Positions 13,617-24,193 of a DNA stretch of 64,000 bases are shown one piece after another. The translations under genes were made by a program, and so were the position numbers. The DNA comes from Chlorokybus atmophyticus (taxonomy: Eukaryota; Plantae; Mesostigma and Chlorokybus algae): contig RHPI01002368.1 of NCBI GenBank assembly GCA_009103225.1, forward strand, positions 339,397 through 403,396. The letters are read 5' to 3'. The notes under the pieces were generated by a model. That model did not search any database, was not told where the DNA came from, and was given only the letters and a program-made list of their open reading frames with translations. Within the stretch, counting starts at the first letter, position 1; the number at the start of each line of letters is the position of its first letter.

Positions 13617-14343
13617 GTATTGCAAAACATATGAGCGTTAAATGACAAAAATATTTTTTGACATACACATATGCACGTGTTTAATGTATGTAATGAATGC
13701 GCTCGATAATACAGCAATTTGAATGGAACATTACCATTCCGGCAATCATTGTCTACGATGTCATTACAATGTAAGTCTGGCGGAAATGGTCAACGTGTGC
13801 TGGAGAGTGTGCAAACTATGCAATGAAAGGTTGTATAAACTTTATACAATAAAGCAGCATGTATGCGCACCATGCAAGGCATAGTGCACGATGATGCATA
13901 TTATGAGCGTATTGGCATGCTAACATCAATTGCAATTGTAGACGAGGCTGCATTGATATTTTCGCAAAAGGTAATGATATGTCTCCCTACACTCTGCAGG
14001 CTGATACCCGCTGCGGCATTGCCTGCTTGTCACAACATGCTGCTGCATTGCTCGAGGGTCTCTGGTGTATAATTGTGTTGTTGCTTAGCAAAGTAGGTGT
14101 AACTTTGTCTTTGCCCTTACATAATCTTGTGAATATGCTTTATATGGTGACCATTTCCAAGTTACGAAGTTTGCTACTTGCAACTCTTGTATGTTATGTC
14201 ATTTTGGTTGTTTACACATGCTTGCAATGAGATAACTCCTCGTTAACCCCTTCCTCCATTTTTGGCGATGGCTGAATATACTATTCTGTATATCATGAAC
14301 GTGGTGTTGTGCATGCAGGCCAGCCCTTATTCTCAATGTGATG

Positions 14344-14848
14344 TGTAACAATCGGGGCCCGACCACTAGGCTATGGTAGTAAAAGACACTACCATGAGTG
14401 AGGTCTGTCACAATTTATCCCAATTCGTGACATTCCTCCCCAATTTAACCCATGAGTTTCTCATAATCCAATGAGGCACTAGCCCACGTCGCCGTGTTTG
14501 CGGCCGTACCACGATCGGTCTGCCCGCGGCCTGTTGGATCCGGCCCATGAACGGTCCTGACCGACCGAACGGCCATCCTCACCGCGCGACCTGCCATCGC
14601 AGCGCGACCGCTCACGCGGCCTTGGGTTAAACTGGCTCGGCGCGCAGGTTGTGATCCCGCGCCCAGCCTAGGGCAAGCCGCCCCAAATGTTATTTTTTCC
14701 TTGGATCTGCCTCAGTCCCCTACGGGAATTGAACCTGAGACGTCAAGCTCCGTTACCATTGTAACAATCGGGGCCCGACCACTAGGCTATGGTAGTAAAA
14801 GACACTACCATGAGTGAGGTCTGTCACAATTTGTCCCAATTCGTGACA
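14344..14848 (-). mobile_element. TRIM (terminal-repeat retrotransposon in miniature), 505 bp, non-coding
   Basis: Two 89-bp direct repeats (14344-14432 and 14760-14848) with TG...CA ends, identical at 88/89 positions. 5-bp TSD TGATG at 14339-14343 and 14849-14853. PBS TGGTAACGGAGC (14758-14747) follows the 5' LTR, and PPT GGGGAGGAA (14441-14433) abuts the 3' LTR. Confidence 0.93.
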
Positions 14849-15448
14849 TGATGTGCTTGCGTGCTTCGTTGTTGTTAGCATGTTCATGATCACGATCGAT
14901 GGTGTACAAAAAGCGAAGGCGCTATTGCGTAGGTGCATCAAATGCACCATACACGTTCAGCATGATCAACATGCAGTAGCATCTGCTACCTATATATACC
15001 TGCAGCCAACATCCATCACCACCGAGTAAAACCGGTTATTAACTCACTCTATTACTACCCCACCCTCTTAGGCGTGCAAGCATGCACATGTACACAACAT
15101 CGCATGATGTGTCCCAATCATACCCCATGCATGTTGTATGCATAACCAACGATGGAGTTGCTAGCGCACACTCCAATCCAGCTGAAAGTAGTGCACCAAC
15201 CATGTGTAGCAAGAACACTTCGCAAGCATAGATCGAAGGGGCCAAGGCAGAGCTGTAAGACATAAGACCCTAGGACTTTGGACTTGAAGGCTAGATTCTC
15301 AAGCAGCTGGCAGCACGTAGTTGGGCAACAACCTGCAGAGGTAGACGCAGCAAAGGAGAGGTGAGACTCAGGCTGTGGAACTGCAGTGGCATGCACGACG
15401 ACAGCAACACCATGTTCCCGCCAAGGGCATGCGCCATCGCACGCCATT

Positions 15449-18400
15449 GTATAAGATGTCCAATACGTTCAATGCATAGCCTATGCCGAGCATACAATGT
15501 CCACAGTCCACTAGCGCACACACACAAGCACACAGCCTTGCCTAGCGTTGCGGCAAAGCTAGGCAGCAAGAGCAAGTTAAGGCCGGGGGCAACTAGCTAA
15601 CACTACATGCCGTAGCTAAGTGCTTGTGTGCGAAGGGGATGGGAGGTGTCGTTGGTCAGGCAGTGTAGCAGGCGAACAGCAGCTGCTACCAAGTGTGCAC
15701 AGTTGCTGGTTAGCAAAGTGAGAGTAGGGAGCAGCCAGAGCATCCATAGTAGCAACAGCACAACAAGACCGAGGGCGGGGCGGATGTGGTGCAGTGCAGT
15801 GCTGCAATGTGTGGCGTTGCTGGTGCCGCCATCAGGTGTTCCCCCAGCACTGATGCTTGTTTGTGACTGTTTGCTGCTAGGCGAAGTGGCTGCAGGCGAA
15901 ATAGCAGCGACAATAATGGTAGCTACGAAGTGTAGGTCAGTTACGTCAGTTAGACACTCACAATAGCAAGCCTTATCAAACCTAAGCAGCATACAGCATC
16001 CGTGCCAGCATAACCGACAATTAGTTCACAAAGCAAGAATGGGCAATACGCACGACAATGTGTATGTGGGCAGCAAGCTGCTTCCCACACATGGGATATT
16101 CCACTTAACTTCACTTACCTGTTTGTTGAGGACGTACAACTTCGGGCCACCAACTTGGTTGAACATGTAGTGTCATTAGTCAGACACGACATACAGCTCG
16201 CCCTGCATCCCATACATCTTTGCACGCAGCTTAGCCAGCAAGGGATTGATAGCGTACCAAGATGACTGCAAGTCCCACAGCAGCTGTACCATTTCCATGA
16301 CAGTGTGCTCACGCACAGTGAATATGCGTGTAAACCTCACAAACTGTGAAACAACCACACCTAGTTTTGCTGACTTGGCAATGTTGCTGTCCGAATGTGG
16401 TGCTCTGCGTCTTGGAATGAATGAATCAGAATGGGGCAATGTTAAGCTAATTGTTAACACGCGTGCACAACCCATCAATTGGTGACTGCAACAGAATTAA
16501 GTTCAAGAAAGGAATACTGACACCTCTTGCAGTCCCTGTTAGTGTCAGCATGTGCCTAGGGAGAATGCCACTACCCTGTGCTGCTGGGTTAAGATACATG
16601 CAAGCAGTCATCTCAGGCAAGTTAACCACGAGCAAGTCACCCACATACCGCAACACACTGCTTGCAAACCTCAATACCTAAGGTTTCGGGCCCGCCGTGA
16701 CCAGTCTGTGCACAAAGTCCACCTCGTATGATGGTAGGTCATATTTGGCATTATATACCCCTATATTATTGCCCATCGTGATACCAATGACTTGACGGTG
16801 CAACTCATCTCTGGCTGCACAAACATGTTAACAATGAGGTACTCAAGCATTGCGTGCAAATTAGCAGCTGTGAACACTTGCGTGATGCCTTCCCTCAATA
16901 CTGTTGTACCCCTTACCCAGGTGTGGATCACGTTTCCTTCCTCAATGTTGATGTGCAAGTGTGTCTTACGGTGCAAACGATGCACGCAATTAAACACTCT
17001 GTCAACCAATGACTTCATGCGCACCAGCGAATCACAATGCGCCAAGTTAGTGTACAATGTTGTATAATCAAAAGATTGCAGCATGAGGTGCTCACGCTTT
17101 TGATGTGAGGTTCTGCTCGTGTTAACGTGCAACTGGAGCCATGCAAAGGCAAGGGAGTCTTTCAATATCCAGCTCTGCAGCTGCTCCCCTAGCGCCTCAC
17201 TCCACAACACATCAACAACGTCTGTCATCCTGTTGAATTACCTCGCTAGGAAGATGCGTCAGTCAAAGTCGTAGCATATGTAGTGGCAGTAAAACGTGGC
17301 TTCAAAGGACTCGTGTGCAATCCAACAGTTATGTACAAGTGCGGCAAAAACACTGGCACTCTCTGTGTGATGGAGGCAAAGCCATGTGCGACATTGTAAG
17401 CTTGGTGTCAGCCAAGCACTTCCTGCACGGTGTTTTTTGCGGCTCGTGGATGCCTTCGTTGATGGCTTGCAGCGTCTCCTGCAGTGCAACAATGGCCGGA
17501 GCCCTAAACTTCGTCCCACAAGCACACAATTCACGCCGCGTGTCTGAGCCAGTCACCAAGTAGTGTACAAGTCAGCACAGATGGCACTTCATCATGTACG
17601 AAAGGCGCATACGCAGGCTCAGCATCCATCAGCAAGTATTTGCAAGACTCCCTGTGCCAGCACGGTGGTTTTGGTGACGAGGTTGGTACGGTTGACGACG
17701 CCTGTATCCAAAGTCATTGAGTAATGCCAAGTCGCCTTTGGCATTTTTCAGTTCGTCTGCAAGTGTGGTGGTATGGTTGCACGCACCGCCTGGCTGGGTA
17801 AGCCGTCCCGCAAATTCAATCTGTCAGTCAACTTGCTATGAAATGCAAACGTCACTAAGATGCGTTGGCGCTAGGGTGGGGCGCGCCCAATGGGATAGAA
17901 CTTGATAGCACTTGATAGCACGTGTGAGGGCGCCTGCCAGTGCCGCAGCCTTAGCTGGGTCCAGATCCAGCAAAGCAGCTGCTGTGCGCTGCAAAAGGTT
18001 AGACATACGGTTGAGATTTCGCTTCGGGTAAGTGTACAAGTCCGCAAACACAAGCTTCCCAGCTTGCATGCGTGACTGCAAGTAGCGCAAACGACGCCCA
18101 TAGTACATAGGCAAACATACGCACAGTAGATGAGTGATTGTGTTGAGCACGCAAAGGCACAGCACTTGACACAACAGCAATCTTAGCACAACTGGCTGCT
18201 GTGCGTGTGCGCTTGGAAACTTGCGTTTCCTGGTGCATGGCACGGGGTGAATATGCGTTCAATGTTTTATATCCAATGTTTCTCCCTGCGGCAGGCTTCA
18301 CGACGCCATGCAGCGTCGTCCATCCAGGGGATGAAGTTGACGAACTCCAACCTTGTCACCCTTGGGTAACACTCCGCAGTTGTCCAGTCCCTCACGCGCC

Positions 18401-19542
18401 ATGCGCAGCTCCAAGGGCGTGGCTTGCGCACTAGACGCAGCCTGAAAGTGTTCTTGGAAACGCTCAAGAGCAGTATCATTAGTCAACCCAACATAGATCG
18501 ACATACTACCCGTCAACGGATATATAGCATATATCACATGTGTGTCAAGCACAGAACGCAAAGCAGGTGCAGTAGGCCAGAATTCTTGCACCTTCTCGCT
18601 GCATTTATGTATCACCGGCAGTTGCAGTTGGTAGTGCGCCCTCAGTACCCTCTTCTTGACAGGCGCCTAGTCCGTCTGAGACATTGTTCCGGGAGAGTGC
18701 AAGTGCTGTACCTAAGTGCAATGCCAAGTAGCCTAGCCCCTTATGCCCGCCAACCACTTAGAGCAGCAGCAGCACACAGCAGCACACAGCACCTCAACAC
18801 ACAGTCAATACACACAGACACAGAGGGCACCTAGAATTGCATGCAATCGAGGGCAGCCGATGGCGATGGAGTAGGACGATGAGACTGTCCAATCTGCAAC
18901 CAGGCCCTCCGGGATTCACCGGAATAGTATAGGATGTCCAGTAGGTCCAATGTATAGCATGCAATGTCCGTAATCCACAAGCGCACACACACAAGCACAC
19001 AGCAAAGCTAGGCAACAAGAGCAAATTAAGGCCGGGGCAACTAGCTAACACTACATGCCATAGCTAAGTGCTTGAATGCGAAGAGGATCGGAGGTGTCGT
19101 TGGTCAGGCAGTGTAGCAGGCAAGCAGCAGCAGCTACCTGGTGTGCACAGCTGCTGGTTAGCAGAGGTCGGAGTAGGGAGCAGCCAGAGCATCCATAGCA
19201 GCAACAGCACAGCAGGCAGGGCAAGGCAGGGCAAGTCCGAGGGCGGGGCGGATGTGGTGCAGTGCAGTGCAGTGCTGCAATGTGTGGCGTTGCTGGCGCC
19301 GCCATCAGGTTTTCCCCCCGCGCTAGTGCTTGTGTGACTGTTTGCTGCTAGGCGAAGTGGCTGCAGGCAAATTAGCAACGGCAATAATGGTAGCTACAAC
19401 TTGTAGGTCAGTTAGGTCAGTCAGGCACTCACAGTAGCAAGCCTCATAGGACCTAAGCAGCATGCAGCATCCGTGCCAACATGATCGACAGTTAGTTCAG
19501 CACAGCAAACATGGGCAATACGCAATACGACACAGTGTATGT
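15449..19542 (-). mobile_element. Decayed Penelope-like retroelement with N-terminal GIY-YIG endonuclease (Chlamys/Naiad-type architecture), flanked by diverged ~620-bp direct repeats
   Basis: In 5'->3' order on the minus strand: GIY-YIG (IYAIYPLTGSMSIYVGLTNDTALERFQEH, ~18540-18450), GTKFRAP (~17510), RT motifs SFDYTTLYTNL (~17080), a xIGIPMG-like motif (~16790), RYVGDLL (~16650) and the PLE thumb HSDSNIAKSAKLGVVVSQFVRFTRI (~16400). Direct repeats lie at ~15449-16068 and ~18928-19542. Many stops and frameshifts. Confidence 0.85.
18298..18615 (-). pseudogene. GIY-YIG endonuclease domain remnant of the Penelope-like element
   Basis: The ORF contains IY-x8-YVGxT...RFxEH, followed after a frameshift by LEFV...REKHWI. 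Confidence 0.8.
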
Positions 19543-19559
19543 GATTGAAGGTAATTGTA

Positions 19560-20420
19560 TAGTATAGTATGCAAGGATTGTGGCATGCATGAGAATGTAG
19601 CAAACATGCATGCAGTCCGCACACTACACCATCGCACTCTTATATTCACCACTGGGATGTCCAAGTTCACTACTTATCTACCTTCACTACCGCCCATACC
19701 CCGTGCAACACACATGCACGCATGCACGTGTAATTACCTGTACAACACGACCAGGGCAGCGTTAACAACGGTAGTCAGCAGATGTAGTATGGTGCAGCAG
19801 TGGCAATGCAGTCAGCAGGCAGCCCATGAGTTCCCTTCCCTTCCCTCTCCCTTCCTCCTTCCCCTCTGTCTCCCTCTCTCCCTTCCTCCCCCTCCTGCTC
19901 CTGTCCCTCCTCCGCCTCTCTCTCTGTCCTCGCTGGCGCGTCGTGAGGGGGCTAGTGTTTGACATGTGTATAGTGATTGACATGTGTGTACGTGCGCTAG
20001 CGCACTAGCGGCAATGTACGTGTTTTGGTTAGGCATGGACATGTTCCTGGACCCTCGCTCGTGTCTCCTTTTTAACATGCCAGTAGTGTTTGTTAGCTCT
20101 CTCCCTCCGCTCCTCCTTCCCTTCTCTTCGGCCGCAGTCGCTGCGACTCGCAACCCTCGGCGCTGCTGATGTGGCAGGGCCCCTCTGCCCCGCCCCTCTG
20201 CCCTGGCTCCCTCTGGCACACGCATGCAGGGCGACTGCCAGCACTGTCAGCCCTGCGCAGTGTCGCTGCTGAACGGTTAGGTGTCGGTGGTGGGGTTGGG
20301 TGGTGGTGCACACAGCCGGCGTATCAGCGCCACTTCATGCACCAACCGGGATCAGCAAGACCGGACTCCCCCCGCCGCCATTCCGCACCCCTCCGGCGTT
20401 AGTCCCCCGCTATCACACCA
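19560..20420 (+). repeat. Diverged, rearranged second copy of the TIR-element family at 43461-44674, in opposite orientation
   Basis: 19925-20095 is the near reverse complement of ~43845-43997 (CTCGCTGGCGCGTCGTGAGGGGGCTAGTGT...CATGTTCCTGGACCCT). 19770-19900 and 20100-20290 match the reverse complement of ~44330-44470 and ~44090-44290. Confidence 0.75.
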
Positions 20421-20683
20421 CACTTGCATCAACTCTGAGTGTACAAAAGAACGGCGAGGGAATTGTGAGATTTGAAGTGGTGTCAAGCACATGACTCTGC
20501 CTCGTTTGTGATGTCATGGTATGATGCTCCGCGCAACTCTGCTATAAGTTATGACGTGTGACGCATGCACATATTGTTCTCAGTCATTGTCTCTGCTTAA
20601 AGTATGGCAGGCGGGCAAAGATAACACATCTTTTTTCTGTATTCATTCCAAGGGTGCATAGGCCGAGAGGTGCGCGCGCGGGG

Positions 20684-20911
20684 NNNNNNNNNNNNNNNNN
20701 NNNNNNNNNNNNNNNNNNNNNNNNNNNNNNNNNNNNNNNNNNNNNNNNNNNNNNNNNNNNNNNNNNNNNNNNNNNNNNNNNNNNNNNNNNNNNNNNNNNN
20801 NNNNNNNNNNNNNNNNNNNNNNNNNNNNNNNNNNNNNNNNNNNNNNNNNNNNNNNNNNNNNNNNNNNNNNNNNNNNNNNNNNNNNNNNNNNNNNNNNNNN
20901 NNNNNNNNNNN
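20684..20911. other. Assembly gap (228 N) flanked by G-runs
   Basis: Run of N with GGG on the left and GGGGGG on the right. Confidence 0.99.
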
Positions 20912-21285
20912 GGGGGGCATATCAGGCATGATGACTGCGGCAAGGTGCTAATGTCGGCCTTTGCACTAACTAGAAAAGTTGGACCAACCTCACGAGGAAA
21001 AAGGAGTGATCCTCAGTGCACCTGTCACCTGTGGTATACGAGGATGCTTGCATTGCACATCAATAAATAAGTAATGCAATTGCCCTGTACGTGAATATGC
21101 TCACCAACCAAACCATAGATAATGTGTCCGGGTATGCATACCTTGATGCAGAGTGACTCACCATTTGATCGCAAGTCAAACAGGAGCAGCTGATCCTATC
21201 AAACCATGCACAACGGCTGTCACATGTGTGGCCAAAACTGTATGCCAAGCTGCTTGCATAGGGGGAGTCCAACAGCAGCACCTCA

Positions 21286-24007
21286 CTAATCTGTTTTTGC
21301 TGCTTTGGCACTGCGTGTATCATAGCCATCGCTATCACGGCCGCGCTTTCTGTCTGAACCCCTGCCTCGGCCTCTGCTGAACCCTCGGCCCCTCCCGCCA
21401 TGGCCCCGCCTGTGGTACACAATACAACAGGAAATGTCAGATGATGCTGCGGCAAGTGTTACCGTAACAAATTGCCTCACCCCCGCTCCTTCAGGTCAGC
21501 CTTTTCCAGCCCCACCCAACAAACAACAAAACAAGACAACACACTGTACCCGTAACCACCCCTTCGCTTCTGATCACTGAAGTGGTCGCGCCGCTTCTGC
21601 TGCAACTGCCTTGTCTTTCTCCAGTACTCCTTTTCAGCATCACCTGGGATGCAGCACAAGGCTCAGCTGGTGCATCAGCAGATTATGCCAATAACCAGCA
21701 GTAGGCCACGCCGTCCCCAGGCACCTGTAATCACATTGAACTTCAGCTTCTTCTTTTCGCCAATGTCCACGCCTTCTGAAGTTGCTGCCACAGCTTTCTT
21801 TGCAGACTCTGAATCTTCATATCGCACATGGCCTTTGCTGCCGCCTTGTTGGTAATCAACATACTGCGCAGAGGGACAACATAGTCAAGCATAAAGCAGG
21901 AATGGCCCAGTATTGACTGCTATAAGATGCCAAGATGTATGACCAGCTATAGTATATGGAAATGCCATCATCTGCACATGACAAGCAAAGGACTTGCTCC
22001 ATGGCCTAACCTAATGCGCACCTTGACAAGCCCGTGTTTGGAAGCAAGATCCTTGATAGCTTGCCAGCCTATGTTCTCCAACTCTTCACCAGTGATTTCA
22101 AACTCCACGACAACACCAGGCTCGTATGCCACATCATCGTCATTGCCTTCAGCATCTGCCGTGCCAGCCTCGTCACCTTCTGCCTTCTTCTCAGAGGCCA
22201 TCTGCGCGGCCTGTGTGGACACATTGCGTTCAACCAACAACTGCCATGTGTGGTGTTGATAAGGCAACATGGTGTCAAAGGCAAATGCACCTACCTTGTC
22301 ATCAGCATCGACAGCACTGTCAAAGAAGCTGTCTCGTTCCACGCCTTCACGAACGAGAAAGTCCTTCTTGGGCTCCATGCGCAACTCAGCTCCTTGGTAC
22401 TCGAGCTTCGCTTGCAAGACTTTGTTCGCTTCCTCGGCTGAAGCGAACTCAACAAATATACTGCCTCTGAAATCCTTGCTGTGAGCGTGCCGTCGCAAAC
22501 GGATGCTTCTGACCTGTACACATGCGGTGAGTCGATCTCGCTGCTCATGCATGCACGAGTATGCGCACGTGTGTGCACATACGTGCAATGGCGCAAGGAC
22601 GTGTGCGTGTAGGTGCTCTTGCATAACAGGAATAACCACAGCACTGTTGAACGGTTACAACAACTAGGATGTCTCTTACCGATCCTTGCTGTGAGAAAAA
22701 CTCTGTCAGGCCGTCAATTGTGATGTCTAGGGAGAACGGAGTCACATACAAGCTGCGCTCCTCCACCGCCGCAGCTATCTCATCCCTGGATGGCAATGCA
22801 TTCGCGCGCTTTACTCGAGTACCTATGGACAGCATGTTGTGCACATGCGTTAGCCAACCACCATGATGTAGAGCAGGCAAGACTCTCGCCCTTACCATCT
22901 TCACTGACAGTCAACTCTGTTGAGGTGCGCAGCACAGCAGCAACCTTGGCTACTGCCTCAGGCGGGACCTCAATTGCGGAGGCACCGTCCTTTGGGTCAG
23001 GTAGCGCCAAGAGGGTGCGCATGCGAGCGAAGGAGGACACGAGGCCAATGTTGACAACTGTAGCATTCCTGAGCTGTCAAGGGTCCCCAAACGCGACGCA
23101 GTCTATGTGCCAAGCAAGTATGGATAGCGACATGACAAGCAACGACTTGGTTCTGAGCATAAACACTAGCTTGGCAACATACACAGCGTCACCACGAATC
23201 TTCAAATGAACATACACAAGCCTACTGTACTCGTAGTGCAGTGAAAAGCATGTCACTAAGATGTGTTGAAGGGCTACTCACAGTGTGAGTGTGTTAGTGA
23301 GGAAGAGAGGTTGCATTGAAAGTACATGCACCAGCTGGATACAACCATCTGGATCCTCCCTCGCTTTTGCAAGCAAGAACTTGTCCTTTGGCAGGTTGCT
23401 GTCGCTGAAATAAAACTCCACCTGCGCAGCAGCCATTGCACTCAACGCTGACAATTGAATTCACAAGACACTCTCCAGCACGCATGCCTGCAGCCCATGG
23501 CTCCCTCGGGCACCTTGTAAGCTCAACACTACACGCATACACATTGACTGCAAGCTGTGCTTGGACAATTGCACATACAGCAGCATATGAATGCGCGGTG
23601 GGCGGGGGGTGGGTGGGCGGGTACAAGTAGGCTAGCAGACAAACGCTTGCTGTAACGTTTGCAACGTGTGCCATTGTTAAACATCATAGCTGCTCAATGC
23701 GAGTGTCACTTGCGACCAATACTGCAATTCAAGGCAGCTCTTGAAGGCAAGTTTGCAGTGCACATGCACCCCATGTGCACTGCAAACTTCACGGTATTGC
23801 AAATGACATAGTCGCCTGTGCATGCATGCCTTAGCTACGCATGCGTACCCCTCTCAATGCTGCATTACATCGTAACAAACCAAGCCATGCCGACGTACGC
23901 ACCTGTCGCTTGACTTTGGCCGCAGTGGCCTCGTCCAGCTTGCCTGCAGGAGGAGGCGCAGCATGCTCAGCTTCCTTGTTCTCCGCTTGTGACTGCTCTT
24001 CCGCCAT
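21286..24007 (-). CDS. La: La protein (La motif, RRM1, RRM2, basic tail)
   Basis: MAEEQSQ...KVKRQ/VEFYFSDSNLPKDKFLL...DG (La motif); RSLYVTPFSLDITIDGLTEFF...FRGSIFVEFASAEEANKVL (RRM1); YEPGVVVEF...IKDL; ends SAKAAKTD* at 21286-21288. ATG at 24007. Confidence 0.93.
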
Positions 24008-24193
24008 GGCTGCCTGCTCGTCCTCCTCCTCGCTCGCCGCCGCCGCCGCCCTGACCAAACCCTAAACGGCGACAATTTCGACGCCAAAGCGGAGGTGCGG
24101 AAGTCGTTGGCGAGGTGGGCGGCGGCAGGGGTGTTGGCGTAGCTGTTCAGGTTGGGGTGGAGGTCTCCGCCCCTCACTCTGGCTGCCTCTACC
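24008..24193. promoter_or_regulatory. Putative bidirectional promoter (La/Pinin) with a telo-box
   Basis: Only 186 bp separate the divergent ATGs. AAACCCTAA at 24057-24065. Confidence 0.6.

Noticed and set aside
13831-14072. Helitron remnant (IVDEAALI Walker-B-like peptide plus a 9-bp palindrome at 13831-13849)
   Set aside because: A single short motif with no other helicase motifs and no CTRR end after the hairpin.
14236-14250. piggyBac end (TTAACCCCTT)
   Set aside because: No matching opposite TIR or transposase was found.
14700-14800. Bona fide tRNA gene at the TRIM 5' junction
   Set aside because: A- and B-boxes are present, but there is no canonical anticodon loop (no U33) and no complete acceptor stem, so it is treated as promoter-like only.
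15760-15860. Hammerhead ribozyme in the PLE flanking repeats (minus strand CTGATGGCGGC...GCAAC; also ~19290-19315)
   Set aside because: Both copies lack the invariant CUGANGA and GAAA core residues. It is at best a decayed remnant and needs a family consensus to judge.
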